From NCBI GenBank assembly GCA_045126495.1, contig JBGVON010000052.1:4516-68515 (forward strand): a DNA stretch of 64,000 nucleotides. The letters are read 5' to 3'. This document shows positions 35,442-46,604 of this stretch, piece by piece. This DNA is from Faecousia sp. GTDB lineage: Bacteria > Bacillota > Clostridia > Oscillospirales > Oscillospiraceae. Every line of letters starts with the position of its first letter. Position 1 is the stretch's first letter. The notes beneath the pieces are model-generated. The model saw nothing but the letters and a program-made list of their open reading frames with translations. It ran no database searches and was not told where the DNA came from. The position numbers and the translations under genes are program-made.

Positions 35442-38305
35442 TGCAGAAGATGAGAAAGTTGATTGTAGTATTTTTGGTGATCAGTCTGCTTGGCTCTTCT
35501 GTGGGCGTGATCCCTGCTATGGCAGCAGGTTCCGGCTCACTGGACGGCGACTGGACCTACAACGAGGATAACCAATCAAACCTTGGTATCTACGAAAACT
35601 ATCTCAAAGAACATGAGAATGCCGTTTATCCCAGTCAGGAGATTGCGGTAGATGTGTCTCAGTTCCAGTTGGTAGAATCGGAGTTTGCTGAGGAACCTTC
35701 CGGCACCAAGGTATACGATAAGTACGAGAACATTGAGGGCTCGGAAAACGTGACCTATATCGGCGCTAAGAGTGAGAAGCTCACTTTCACATTTGAGGTT
35801 CCGGAAACCGGTCTGTACAGCTTGGAGATGAATTACTATCCTTTGGCTGTCAGCAGCGTGCAGTATCAGTTCAGTCTGCTGATTGACGGTGAGACTCCTT
35901 TCGTTGAGTCAAACAGCTGTCGGTTGGATCGTGTTTGGCAAAATGAACCCATCGTTTCTGATGAAGAAGGCAACGATCTGCGCCCTGCTCCTGTGCAGAA
36001 GCCCGAGTGGAGAAAACAGTTCCTGTATGACCAGAATGGTGTTTACGGCAACTTGAAGTTCTATCTTGAAAAGGGCACCCGGACCATTACCTTTATCTTT
36101 GACGGCACGCCCTTGCTGCTGAAGGGTTTGACCTTTAAACAGGATTCATATCAGGTTTCCTATCAGGACTACATCACCATGTATCAGCAAATGGGAACTA
36201 AGGAAGTACAGGATGTTTTCAAGCCGATTCAGGCGGAGTCCTATTACCGGCAGTCCAGCGCTTCTCTTTGGCCGGATGCAGATAGAACCAGTCCCTTGAC
36301 TGAGCCTTACTCCTATAAGAGTGTTAAACTGAACTACGGTGGCGGCAGCCAGTGGAAAGAACCCGGCCAATGGATATCTTGGGAGATCGATGCGCCCGAG
36401 AGTGGCTTCTACCATATTGGCTGTAAGTACAAGCAGGGCTATCTGGATGGTTTGTTCAGTTCCCGTAAGATCTACATTGACGGTGAAGTTCCCTTTGAGG
36501 AACTGAATGCTGTTCGTTTTAACTATACCAGCTCCTGGAAGAACATGCTGCTGGGTGATGATAACGGCGCTTATTATATTTACTTGGAAAAGGGCACGCA
36601 TATCATCACTATGGAGAACGTGATCGGCGATCTGTCTGAGACCATTGGCGTTATGCAGACAGTTATGGGCAATCTGAACGATTTGTATTTGTCTGTCGTT
36701 ATGATTACCGGTAGCTCTCCTGACCCCTATCGTGACTACTTCCTGACCAAACAGCTGCCGGATCTGCCTGAGAAGCTCAGAGCCAATGCAGACATCCTGT
36801 TTGCAGAAGCAAAGCGTCTTGAAACCATCGTTGGTCACAAGGGCGCGGAAAATGCCTATTTTGAGGATTTGGCATATAATCTGCAAAGCTATGCAGAAAA
36901 CATTGAAGATCTGACCTATAAGAGCAGACTGACCAACCTGAAAAACGATATGAACGGTATGAGCTCCAAGCTGGCTGTATATCGTGAACAGGCGTTGGAT
37001 CTGGACTATATTGCGCTAGTTTCCGCAAATATGGAAATGCCCAAGACCAATCTGAATGCTTGGGAGTGGATCGTGTTCCAGGTAAGAAGCTTCTTTGCTT
37101 CCTTTAAGGGCAAGGCGAAAGTCGAGAACGAGACCAGATCTGTCCGTGTTTGGGTCAGCGGCGGTATTGACCAGTATGAGATTCTGAAAAACATTATCAA
37201 TGACGAGTTCACACCTAAGTATGGTATTGAGGTGGACTTGGAACTTGCTGGCGCGGCTTTGGTGAACGCCATTGCAGCCGGTACCGGACCGGATGTACTT
37301 CTGGGTCAGAACTCCTCTATGGTTGTTAACCTGGGTCTTCGTGGCGCATTGGAAGATTTGTCCCAGTATCCCGGTTACTTTGATATTTTGAAAGAGTATG
37401 TTCCGGGCAGTGAGATTCCCTTTGTTTTGGAAGGCAGATATTATGCTGTGCCCAGTACCAATACCTGTCAGGTCATGTTCGTCAGAACAGATATCTTTGA
37501 GAACATGGGCTTGGAGATCCCTCAAACCTGGGATGATATCTATGATGTGGCGCAGGTGTTGCAGCGTTATAATATGAACTTGGGCTGCGCTGGTACCTTC
37601 TCCAATTTGCTGTATCAGAAGGGTGGTTCTTACTTTAACGAGGAACTGACAGAAGTTTGCTTTGACAGTGATATTGCGGTTGAGGCACTGATTCAGCATG
37701 CTGAGTTCTACACCAAATACGGATTTCCCAAAACCTACGACTTTGCTAACCGGTTTAGAACTGGTGAAATGCCTATCGCAATTGCGGAATTTTCGGCATA
37801 TACCACATTGAAGTATACAGCGCCTGAAATCAGTGGTTTGTGGCAGATGTATCCCATTCCCGGTACCCTGAAAGAGGACGGAACCATTGACCGTACCCAA
37901 ATGGACCAGTCCGGCGTTGGCGCGATTATGTTAAGCGGCGCTAAGGATAAGGATGCTTGTTGGGAACTTATCCAGTGGTGGTCCAAGGCGGAGACTCAGG
38001 CCAGATACGGTAACGATCTGGAAGCTGCTTTGGGTATCGCTGCAAGACGTCCCACCGCAAACCTGGTGGCATTGAAAGAACTGGGTTGGACAGCACAGGA
38101 AAGAGCACTTCTGGAAGAGCAGTTCGAATGGCTGCAATTTATCCCCATCGTCCCCGGTAACTATTATGTTACCAGAGGTATGACTAACTTTACACGTGGC
38201 GTGATTGACCACGGTGAAAATGCCCGTGAGCTGCTTACTGAATGGACGATTAAGATAAACGATGAAATTACCAGAAAGAGAGAAGAGTTCTTCCTCAACA
38301 ATTAA
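35438..38305 (+). CDS. Giant extracellular solute-binding protein with N-terminal carbohydrate-binding-like domains
   Basis: Signal peptide; two jelly-roll-like segments (FEVPETGLYSL, IQAE...W...GQWISWEI.APE.G.Y.I); internal hydrophobic segment; C-terminal family-1 SBP (AGTGPDV, LEDLS, P.TWDD). Confidence 0.8.
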   Translation: MMQKMRKLIVVFLVISLLGSSVGVIPAMAAGSGSLDGDWTYNEDNQSNLGIYENYLKEHENAVYPSQEIAVDVSQFQLVESEFAEEPSGTKVYDKYENIEGSENVTYIGAKSEKLTFTFEVPETGLYSLEMNYYPLAVSSVQYQFSLLIDGETPFVESNSCRLDRVWQNEPIVSDEEGNDLRPAPVQKPEWRKQFLYDQNGVYGNLKFYLEKGTRTITFIFDGTPLLLKGLTFKQDSYQVSYQDYITMYQQMGTKEVQDVFKPIQAESYYRQSSASLWPDADRTSPLTEPYSYKSVKLNYGGGSQWKEPGQWISWEIDAPESGFYHIGCKYKQGYLDGLFSSRKIYIDGEVPFEELNAVRFNYTSSWKNMLLGDDNGAYYIYLEKGTHIITMENVIGDLSETIGVMQTVMGNLNDLYLSVVMITGSSPDPYRDYFLTKQLPDLPEKLRANADILFAEAKRLETIVGHKGAENAYFEDLAYNLQSYAENIEDLTYKSRLTNLKNDMNGMSSKLAVYREQALDLDYIALVSANMEMPKTNLNAWEWIVFQVRSFFASFKGKAKVENETRSVRVWVSGGIDQYEILKNIINDEFTPKYGIEVDLELAGAALVNAIAAGTGPDVLLGQNSSMVVNLGLRGALEDLSQYPGYFDILKEYVPGSEIPFVLEGRYYAVPSTNTCQVMFVRTDIFENMGLEIPQTWDDIYDVAQVLQRYNMNLGCAGTFSNLLYQKGGSYFNEELTEVCFDSDIAVEALIQHAEFYTKYGFPKTYDFANRFRTGEMPIAIAEFSAYTTLKYTAPEISGLWQMYPIPGTLKEDGTIDRTQMDQSGVGAIMLSGAKDKDACWELIQWWSKAETQARYGNDLEAALGIAARRPTANLVALKELGWTAQERALLEEQFEWLQFIPIVPGNYYVTRGMTNFTRGVIDHGENARELLTEWTIKINDEITRKREEFFLNN

Positions 38306-38328
38306 ACTATATTGAAGGGATGAAAAAG

Positions 38329-39243
38329 ATGCGTGATAATAAGAAGCCCACAAGGCTGAAAACATCTTTCAAACGCATATATGCAGAGCGATCCTGCTAC
38401 ATGATGATTGCTCCGTTTTTGACTGCGTTTTTTATCTTCACGGTTATTCCGGTTGTAGCAGCCATGGTTCTGAGCTTTACCGACTTTAATATGTTGCAGA
38501 CGCCTAACTGGGTCGGTTTTGATAACTATAAGACACTGTTTTTGAATGATGACATTTTCATTATTGCGATTAGAAATACGTTGATCATTGCGTTGATCAC
38601 CGGTCCTTTGGGTTACATCGCCTGCTTTATATTTGCTTGGTTTATCAACGAGCTTCCCAATAAAGTCCGTGCGGTGATGACCGTTATCTTCTACGCGCCG
38701 TCTATTTCCGGTGGTGTTTACACCATCTGGACCTACATCCTCAGCAGTGACCGTTACGGTGTGCTGAACGGCGTTTTGATGAAGCTGGGACTGCTCGATT
38801 CGCCTATTCTGTGGCTGGCTGATACGGACTATATGCTTGCCTGCTGTATCGTTGTGCAATTGTGGCTCAGCTTGGGCACCAGCTTCCTGTCCTTCCTGGC
38901 AGGCTTTAAGACGGTGGATACAACCCTTTACGAAGCTGGCGCTATCGACGGCGTTCACAACAGATTCCAGGAGATCTGGTATCTGACCCTGCCGCAGATG
39001 AAGCCGCAGCTGCTGTTCGGTGCGGTTATGCAGATTTCCAGCTCTTTTGCCTGCGGCGCTGTTATGCAGCAGTTGTGTGGTAACCCCTCGGTTGACTACG
39101 CTACCCACACCATCATCAACCATGTTTCTGACTACGGTTCGACCCGGTACGAAATGGGTTACGCCTGTGCCATCAGTACGGTTCTGTTGCTAATGATGCT
39201 GATCGTTAATAAGGTTATCAATAAACTACTTGTAGATGAATAG
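38329..39243 (+). CDS. Carbohydrate ABC transporter permease
   Basis: WVGFDNY, LYEAGAIDG EAA motif. Alternative start at 38320. Confidence 0.92.
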   Translation: MRDNKKPTRLKTSFKRIYAERSCYMMIAPFLTAFFIFTVIPVVAAMVLSFTDFNMLQTPNWVGFDNYKTLFLNDDIFIIAIRNTLIIALITGPLGYIACFIFAWFINELPNKVRAVMTVIFYAPSISGGVYTIWTYILSSDRYGVLNGVLMKLGLLDSPILWLADTDYMLACCIVVQLWLSLGTSFLSFLAGFKTVDTTLYEAGAIDGVHNRFQEIWYLTLPQMKPQLLFGAVMQISSSFACGAVMQQLCGNPSVDYATHTIINHVSDYGSTRYEMGYACAISTVLLLMMLIVNKVINKLLVDE

Positions 39244-39258
39244 GAGAGGAGAGAGATC

Positions 39259-40119
39259 ATGTTAAAAATCAAGTTACATAAACAATTGAATCGCTCTCAC
39301 TTCGGTAACTTCTCCGTTTTCTTCATGCTGGTTTGCGTCGGTGCTTTTATGGCGCTTCCCCTGTACTATACTGTTTTGCAATCCTTCAAGCCCATCGAAG
39401 AGCGTTTCATTTTCCCGCCTCGTTTTTACATAACAAACCCCACATGGAGCAACTATTCCATGCTGTTCCAGCTGGTCTCTGACCTGACGGTTCCGTTTAG
39501 CAGATACTTATTTAACAGTGTGTTTGTCAGTATTGTAAGTACCGGTGTTGGTGTTTTGATCGGTGCTATGGCGGCATACCCCTTTGCTAAGAAAAAATTC
39601 CCCGGTAGAGATGGTTTGTGGAAGCTGATCATGCTGACCCTGTTGTTTTCCGGTGGCGTTACCGCCTTGCCTGCCTATATTATCAAGGCAAAATTGGGTT
39701 TGATCAATACCTATTGGGTGCTGATCCTGCCTTCTCTGGCATCTACTCTGCATATGTTCCTTTTGCGCCAGTTTATGCTGCAAATTCCCGATTCTCTTCT
39801 GGATGCTGCGAAAATTGACGGCGCCACGGATTTGCGCATCTTCCTGAATGTTGTGTTGCCCAACGTAAAGCCCGCGTGGATGACCGTTATGGTTCTTTCC
39901 TTTACCAACGTCTGGAACAACGGTTCTACCGGTGTTATTTTCAGAGAGGAATTGAAGCTGTTGCCCACCGCGCTGACTCAGATTAGTGATGGCGGTATCG
40001 CCCGTTCCGGTGCGGCATCCGCAGCAGGTGTGCTTCTGATGATCCCGCCCATTATTTCCTTTATTCTAACCCAGAGCAAAATGTTGCAGACTATGGCGCA
40101 TTCCGGTATTAAGGATTAA
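39259..40119 (+). CDS. Carbohydrate ABC transporter permease
   Basis: QIPDSLLDAAKIDGA EAA motif, six TM helices. Confidence 0.92.
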   Translation: MLKIKLHKQLNRSHFGNFSVFFMLVCVGAFMALPLYYTVLQSFKPIEERFIFPPRFYITNPTWSNYSMLFQLVSDLTVPFSRYLFNSVFVSIVSTGVGVLIGAMAAYPFAKKKFPGRDGLWKLIMLTLLFSGGVTALPAYIIKAKLGLINTYWVLILPSLASTLHMFLLRQFMLQIPDSLLDAAKIDGATDLRIFLNVVLPNVKPAWMTVMVLSFTNVWNNGSTGVIFREELKLLPTALTQISDGGIARSGAASAAGVLLMIPPIISFILTQSKMLQTMAHSGIKD

Positions 40120-40152
40120 GCCAACGCAATGACTTTGAAGTGAGGTGTGTAC

Positions 40153-41601
40153 ATGAGAAAAACAATAGTATGTCTGTTGGCTTTGATACTCGTGCTGACT
40201 TCCTCCGGAATGGCAGTATGGGCTGCACAGCCTGACAGAACCTATACCTATGAAGACAACGTACCGGTACCCTCTACAAACGTATATCAGGCTATGGTCA
40301 TCGTGGATGAATCTGTAACAGGAACCACTCCGATCAAAAATGCCAGAGATATTTACGTAGATAATTACGACCGGACGTTTGTCCTGGATTCCGGTAATGC
40401 CAGAATTTTGGTTTTGGATACCAATTACAGGTGCATTAAGGAATTGAAAGAGTTTACATATGGGGAAGAGACCTTAACGCTCTCTGAGACCGCAGAAGGC
40501 CTGTTCTTCCGTGAAGAAAACGAACTTTTGTATATTGCTGATACCGGTAACGATCGGGTGCTGGTATCCGATCTGGATGGCAATATTAAGAAGATTTTCG
40601 AAAAACCCGTCGATGAGCTGTTGGAGGGGACATTGAACTTCCAACCTAAGAAGGTCGTCGTGGATAACATGGGAATTATGTATGTTACTTCCGGTAACAT
40701 CAACACCGGTGCATTGCTTATTGACAGCGCAGGTTCTTTCTTGGGTTTCTACGGCACCAATAAGCTGAAGGAGACCGCTGCCATGCGTATTGAGCGTGTA
40801 TGGCGGAGTATCATGTCCAAGGCGCAGCAAAAGGAAACCTTCCAGCCTGTTGAATTTAATAATATCTTCTGGTCTGAGGACAGATTTGTTTATACAGTCT
40901 CTCCGTTGGTGGAATCTGTTGCATCTTCTGTTTCCAAGTTGAATGCATTGGGCAGTAATGTATTACCCGAGTCGATCGACTTGCTCACTCTGTCCAACAG
41001 CAGAAAAATGACCGGAATGACACTCAACGACATCACTGTGGACGATGAAGGCGCCATTACCTTGCTGGAAGGCTCTACGGGTCGTTTGTTCCAGTACGAT
41101 GAAAGTTGTAACCTGCTGGCTGTCTTTGGCGGTAAAGGTTATCAGGAGGGCTTGTTTTCGCAGGCGGTTTCCCTGGAATCTGACAGCAAAAACAGACTTT
41201 TGGTTTTGGATGCCGGTAAGAATACCATCACCGTCATGGAACAGACATTCTATGGTGAAATGATTCGTTCTGCAAACCGTTTGTACAATGCGGGCTTGTA
41301 TCAGGAATCCATTGATCCTTGGATGGAAGTACTCAGAATGAACGCAAACTATACGCAGGCGTATGTTGGCCTGGGCAAGGCATATATCAGCCTGGGTGAG
41401 TATGAAAAGGCTATGGAGTACTTTGAACTGGGCAAGGATAAGGAGGGTTACTCCGAGGCCAAGGCGCTTCTGCGTGACGATATCATTCGTAAGAACTTTG
41501 CGCTGGTGGCAGCTATTGTTGTGTTGGGTATGTTCGCCATTCTTGGTTGGGACGGAATTTCCAACACATGCTCCAAGCTGTACTGGCGATTGAAGAAATA
41601 A
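40153..41601 (+). CDS. Surface NHL-repeat beta-propeller plus TPR protein
   Basis: Signal peptide, NHL motifs (LDSGNARI, YIADTGNDRV, LDAGKNTI), TPR (AYVGLGKAY..LGEYEKA), C-terminal TM. Confidence 0.8.
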   Translation: MRKTIVCLLALILVLTSSGMAVWAAQPDRTYTYEDNVPVPSTNVYQAMVIVDESVTGTTPIKNARDIYVDNYDRTFVLDSGNARILVLDTNYRCIKELKEFTYGEETLTLSETAEGLFFREENELLYIADTGNDRVLVSDLDGNIKKIFEKPVDELLEGTLNFQPKKVVVDNMGIMYVTSGNINTGALLIDSAGSFLGFYGTNKLKETAAMRIERVWRSIMSKAQQKETFQPVEFNNIFWSEDRFVYTVSPLVESVASSVSKLNALGSNVLPESIDLLTLSNSRKMTGMTLNDITVDDEGAITLLEGSTGRLFQYDESCNLLAVFGGKGYQEGLFSQAVSLESDSKNRLLVLDAGKNTITVMEQTFYGEMIRSANRLYNAGLYQESIDPWMEVLRMNANYTQAYVGLGKAYISLGEYEKAMEYFELGKDKEGYSEAKALLRDDIIRKNFALVAAIVVLGMFAILGWDGISNTCSKLYWRLKK

Positions 41602-41616
41602 GAGGGGTGAAGGGTT

Positions 41617-42258
41617 ATGAAAAAACGTACCGGTTTTGATACGATGAGCCCCTATCTGTATCCCTTTTACATTTGCAGACATCCCAGGGATGGATTTCTG
41701 GAATTAAAGGCTAACAAGAAGGGCTCCACTAATGTTGTTTTAATCACAGTGGCGCTGTGGTTGTTTGTGGAACTGTTTTACCGTACCGCAACGGGCTTTG
41801 ATATGAATGAGTTCAAGGGTGAAGATTTGAGCTTGTTGCGCACCGGTGTTGTGACGGTGGCGATGTATGTAATGGTTTGCCTGTCTAACTGGTGTATTTG
41901 CACCTTGATGGACGGTAAGGGTAAACTGAAAGATATTTGTGTTGTGGCTGCAAATGCTTTGCTACCGTATATCATTGTGCGGTTCCTGACGACCATTCTC
42001 AGTTGGTGCTTGACAGGCGACGAACAGGTGTTTTTGACCTACGCTGTCATTGTGTCTGAGATTTGGGGTGCTATGATCGCATTTAGTGGTTTGCAGGAGA
42101 TTCACGAATATTCCTTTGTCAAGACGATTGGATCAATTATTCTGACAATTGCCTGTCTGATAATCATGTTCTTCATTGTGCTGATGCTGTTGATCCTCTT
42201 CGAACAACTGTATTTCTTCTTTGTTACAGTGATCTTCGAGCTCAGATTTGAAGTGTGA
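41617..42258 (+). CDS. Yip1 family membrane protein
   Basis: HPRDGF.ELK, SNWCICTLMDG.G, five TM helices. Confidence 0.75.
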   Translation: MKKRTGFDTMSPYLYPFYICRHPRDGFLELKANKKGSTNVVLITVALWLFVELFYRTATGFDMNEFKGEDLSLLRTGVVTVAMYVMVCLSNWCICTLMDGKGKLKDICVVAANALLPYIIVRFLTTILSWCLTGDEQVFLTYAVIVSEIWGAMIAFSGLQEIHEYSFVKTIGSIILTIACLIIMFFIVLMLLILFEQLYFFFVTVIFELRFEV

Positions 42259-42280
42259 TTGAAGAGGAATGGAGGCTAAA

Positions 42281-44620
42281 ATGGACATAAAAGAACGTTA
42301 TTGGAAATGGAAGCGGGCAATTACGAAAAAGAAAGAGTTGATTAGTCGTGTTACTAGTATCACACTGATCGTCGTGTTGCTTGGCTGTGTAGCTTTTGCA
42401 GGTTATAAGATTTATCAGTCCGATGTACAAAGAGCGGCAGCCGGTGTGGTCATTGAAAACGATGATAAAATCAAGACCGTAAAAAATTACAACTATGGTG
42501 AGCCCGGCTTCAAAAAAGTTGCTGAGAACAGCAAAATGATTCTGTCTGCGGATTTTACCACCGGTGAGATCTGTGTAACAGAAAAGGCCAATGGTATGAA
42601 CTGGTATACCAATCCCCAGGATCGGGATGCGGACCAATTGGTTACCATGCGTTCCCGTATCAACTCCCAGATCCATGTTAAATTTGTTAATTTGGAACAG
42701 GGTATCACGGTGGAGTTTGACAATTACAATAACAGCATCAAGAAGGGAACCATGAAGCATGAGCTGATTGAAAATGGTGTAAAGTTCACCTTCGGTTTTA
42801 CAACAGCCAATGTTTATGTTCCTGTGCAGTATACCCTGACAGAGGACGGTTTCCAGGCAGAGATCGTTACCAATGAGATTACCGGCGTTGGCAGCAATGC
42901 CTTCATGGTGGATACGATTTCTCTGTTGCCTTATTTTGGTGCTGGCGGACTGAATGATGATGGCTACCTGTTTGTACCGGACGGTTCTGGTTCTCTCATT
43001 GCGTTTAACAATGAAAAACAGAGCATGCAGTCTTTCTCTGAATATGTATACGGTCAAAACCCTGCGTTTGTGAATGACAAGCAGAGCACGGTCAAAGAGA
43101 CTATTACTATGCCCGTGTTTGGCGCTAAGGTTAATGATCATGCATTTTTTGGCATCATCACTACCGGTGAGGTTTCCAGCAGTATTGCGGCTACTACCAG
43201 TAAAAAGGATAGCTCCTATAACCATGTGTACGCCAATGCGGCGTTGACTGAGTATACATTGAAGCGGATCGCCAATACATCTAATGTACACAACGCGTCC
43301 CACAGTATTGATTTCAGAGAGAATCAGACCGAGGGTCAGAATTACTGCGTGCGGTACTTCTTCCTGGATGGTGATCAGGCGAACTATTCTGGTATGAGTA
43401 GTCTGTATAGAGACTACCTGATTGAGACGAATCAGCTGACAAAGTCTGAACTGTCTGATGATAAGTATGTGGTCTTGGATCTGGTGGGTGCGGTTAGCAT
43501 TCAAAAGTATGTGCTTGGCGTGAAGCGTCCTGTGGTTACCGCTTTGACGACATATGATGATGTGGTTGAAATTGTCAAGGAAATGAAGTCCAAGGGTGTC
43601 GATAATCTCATTGTGAATTACATCGGCGCTATGGACAGTGGCCTAAACAATAAGATGTACGACAAGGTGTCTGTGGAATCTGTCTTGGGATCCAAGAGAG
43701 ATTTTAAGGACATGATCAGCTACCTAAAAGAAGCGGGTGTTCTGTTATTCATGGAGACCAATCCCATTGATCTGTATGAGAACGGTAACGGCTATCAGGA
43801 GAACAGGGACAGCGTTAGATCTTTCTTTGATGCTTATGCTTTCCAGTATAAGTACAATATTGATGTGAGCACTACTATTACCGCATCCCGTTGGCATTTA
43901 CTCCGTCCCGCGTTGGTATCTGAATTGACTGCGAAGTTTGTTTCTACTATGCCCAAGTGGGATTTGGAGAATCTCTCTTTGAACCGTATTGGTAACACCT
44001 TGTATTCCGACCATGTAGAGGGAACAAATGCAATTTCCAGAATGAAGGCTTTGGAACTCTGGCATGAAACTTTGAAATCCTCTGCGGAAAATGTTAAGCA
44101 ACTCATGGTTCATGGCGGTTACCTCTACACCATGCCCTATGCCGATGTAATTACCGATACACCGGATAGTCACAGTAACTTTGATATGCAGGATCAGAGT
44201 GTGCCTTTCTATCAGATGGTATTCCAAGACAGCAAACTGCTTACTGCTGCCGGTATTAATACCACTGTTGACTATGAGTATGCTTTCTTAAAGGCGTTGG
44301 AGACCGGATGCAGTTTGAAATATAACCTGATCTATGGCAATGTTTCTGATTTGGTTGGTACGGATTATAACACCATGGTTTCCTATTCCTATGACTACTG
44401 GAAGGGTCTTGCCGCTGAGCAGTACGCAGAGTTGCAGAAGGCAGCTAAGCAGCTGGCGGGCAAGAAATTCCTGTCCCATGAATCCTTAACAGAAGATGTG
44501 GTTCTGTCCCTTTATGAGTCTGCTGCTGTTGTTATCAATTACGGTAGCGAGCCTTACACTTACCAGGGCCATGAGATCGGCGCTAAGGATTACCTGATTC
44601 TTTCAGGAGGTGCAAAATGA
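42281..44620 (+). CDS. DUF5696-like membrane-anchored extracellular protein
   Basis: N-terminal TM, LPYFGA...DGYLFVPDGSGSLI, MPVFG, TTYDD, VPFYQMV. Typical member of this cluster type. Confidence 0.7.
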   Translation: MDIKERYWKWKRAITKKKELISRVTSITLIVVLLGCVAFAGYKIYQSDVQRAAAGVVIENDDKIKTVKNYNYGEPGFKKVAENSKMILSADFTTGEICVTEKANGMNWYTNPQDRDADQLVTMRSRINSQIHVKFVNLEQGITVEFDNYNNSIKKGTMKHELIENGVKFTFGFTTANVYVPVQYTLTEDGFQAEIVTNEITGVGSNAFMVDTISLLPYFGAGGLNDDGYLFVPDGSGSLIAFNNEKQSMQSFSEYVYGQNPAFVNDKQSTVKETITMPVFGAKVNDHAFFGIITTGEVSSSIAATTSKKDSSYNHVYANAALTEYTLKRIANTSNVHNASHSIDFRENQTEGQNYCVRYFFLDGDQANYSGMSSLYRDYLIETNQLTKSELSDDKYVVLDLVGAVSIQKYVLGVKRPVVTALTTYDDVVEIVKEMKSKGVDNLIVNYIGAMDSGLNNKMYDKVSVESVLGSKRDFKDMISYLKEAGVLLFMETNPIDLYENGNGYQENRDSVRSFFDAYAFQYKYNIDVSTTITASRWHLLRPALVSELTAKFVSTMPKWDLENLSLNRIGNTLYSDHVEGTNAISRMKALELWHETLKSSAENVKQLMVHGGYLYTMPYADVITDTPDSHSNFDMQDQSVPFYQMVFQDSKLLTAAGINTTVDYEYAFLKALETGCSLKYNLIYGNVSDLVGTDYNTMVSYSYDYWKGLAAEQYAELQKAAKQLAGKKFLSHESLTEDVVLSLYESAAVVINYGSEPYTYQGHEIGAKDYLILSGGAK

Positions 44621-45516
44621 TAAAGAAGAAAAGACGCACATTATTAACAGAAAACGATAAGACCGGTCTACTGTTTGTTTTGCCGTTTATTATTGGTTTT
44701 ATTTGGATGTTTTTCCTGCCGCTTCTTGAATCTTTGGAGTATACGTTTAACAGAATCTCCGTAGACTCCAACGGTTTGGCTCTGGAACCCATTGGTTTCG
44801 AAAACTGGAAATATATGGTAGAACAGGATGCTACCTTTATTAAAGCGCTTTGGAAACATACAACCACCATTGTTGTGCAGGTTTTGGTTATTATGTTTAT
44901 GAGTATCTTCCTGGCGGTGCTTTTGGTGGATAAGTTCCCTGGTCGACTGTTTTTCAGAGTTTGCCTGTTCCTGCCTATGATTTTTGGTGCGGATGCGGTA
45001 TTGAGATCTTTTGGTTTGATCGGCGGTTCTGCGGAAATGTCTCAGGATACCAATCAGTTTGTTATGATGACCGGCGAGACCACCGGTTTCATCAAAGAAA
45101 TTGTGAATAGCTTCGGTATTCTGACACCGGTTATACAGACTTTTACGGCTTATGCCGGTAAATTGTTTAATCTGTTGTGGAATATGCCTTTGCAGATCAT
45201 CATTTTTATTATTGGCTTACAGGCAATTCCTCCTTATTTGTATGAAGTGGCAAAGATGGAAGGCGCAACCGCATGGGAAACATTCTGGAAGATCACATTC
45301 CCATTGCTTACCCCCAGCATCTTGTTGTGCTTGATCTATACCATCATTGACTACTTTAATGCCAGCACCAACTCCATTGTGCAGCAGATTAATGGAAATA
45401 TGACAGCCAGATTGGACTATGCATGTACCCAGAGCTGGGCATATTCTGTATTGATTTTTGCATTGGTGTTATTAGTGAATGCCTTTGTTTCCAGAAAAGT
45501 TATTACTTTGGACTAA
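44617..45516 (+). CDS. Carbohydrate ABC transporter permease
   Basis: GLQAIPPYLYEVAKMEGAT EAA motif. Confidence 0.9.
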   Translation: MIKKKRRTLLTENDKTGLLFVLPFIIGFIWMFFLPLLESLEYTFNRISVDSNGLALEPIGFENWKYMVEQDATFIKALWKHTTTIVVQVLVIMFMSIFLAVLLVDKFPGRLFFRVCLFLPMIFGADAVLRSFGLIGGSAEMSQDTNQFVMMTGETTGFIKEIVNSFGILTPVIQTFTAYAGKLFNLLWNMPLQIIIFIIGLQAIPPYLYEVAKMEGATAWETFWKITFPLLTPSILLCLIYTIIDYFNASTNSIVQQINGNMTARLDYACTQSWAYSVLIFALVLLVNAFVSRKVITLD

Positions 45517-45534
45517 GAGGGAGGTAGTGTTCTT

Positions 45535-46503
45535 ATGAATCTTAATTTAAATGTAAAAAAAATATTCAATAAAAACACCATTTCCCCTGTATCTACTTTT
45601 TTGTACAAGGTGTTCCGTTTTGCATTGTTGCTGGGTGTTAGTTATGTTGCGATTTTCCCTGTCCTTAAAATGGTTTCTGCTTCTTTAACAGAAGCAGAAA
45701 CCTACTACAACGGCAGCGGCGGCTTTATCCCCGATCTGGCTACTTTTGAAAACTTTATCAATAGTCAGAGTTACTTCAAATACTTTAATCATGCTAAGGT
45801 TACGGCAGTCATTACCATAACTTGTACCATCTGTTCTGTATTTGTTTGTTCTTTGATCGGTTATGGCTTGGGTAGATATAAGTTTAAGGGTAGCAAACTG
45901 GTATATGCGGCTGTGCTTTTTACCATTATTATGCCTATCCAGACAGTTCAGTTGCCACTGATTTATTACTACCGTTGGTTTGATTTCTTCGGTATCGGCA
46001 AGCTGATAGGATTGTTTACCGGTGAAGCCCTTACGATTAACTTGCTTCCCAATCTGGGCAGATTTATTGTACCTGCTCTCTTTGGCGTTGGCTTGAAGGC
46101 TGGTATTTTTATCTTCCTGTTTCAGTCTTTCTTTGCCAGCATGCCCAAGGATCTGGAAGAGGCTGCAAAGATTGATGGCTGTAATCCGTTTAAGATTTAT
46201 TGGAAGGTCATGCTCCCCAATATTATCCCCGTGTTGGTTACAGTTACCCTGTTGTCTCTTATCTATTACTGGAATGATTCTCTTGTAACCGGTATGTATA
46301 AGCTGAATATGGGTACGCCCTTGATGCCAGAAGTAGAGACCTTGGTTACCTTGAAGGTGGGCGCCAGTGAACTAACAGCAATGCGTAGAGATGTGGAATA
46401 TTATTCCATCCTCTTACTGTCTGTGCTGCCGATGATTTTTGTGTTCTTGGTCTGCCAGAAGTTCTTTGTGGAATGTATGGATCGATCCGGTAGCAAGGGA
46501 TAA
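45535..46503 (+). CDS. Carbohydrate ABC transporter permease
   Basis: MPKDLEEAAKIDGC EAA motif, YYWND. Confidence 0.9.
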   Translation: MNLNLNVKKIFNKNTISPVSTFLYKVFRFALLLGVSYVAIFPVLKMVSASLTEAETYYNGSGGFIPDLATFENFINSQSYFKYFNHAKVTAVITITCTICSVFVCSLIGYGLGRYKFKGSKLVYAAVLFTIIMPIQTVQLPLIYYYRWFDFFGIGKLIGLFTGEALTINLLPNLGRFIVPALFGVGLKAGIFIFLFQSFFASMPKDLEEAAKIDGCNPFKIYWKVMLPNIIPVLVTVTLLSLIYYWNDSLVTGMYKLNMGTPLMPEVETLVTLKVGASELTAMRRDVEYYSILLLSVLPMIFVFLVCQKFFVECMDRSGSKG

Positions 46504-46604
46504 TGTACGGAATGTTAAGTTAATGGATGATAATATTGTGCAAAATGCATAAAAAATTCAATACAATAATGTCATCAAAACAAACAAAGGTTACGAAATT
46601 AATA

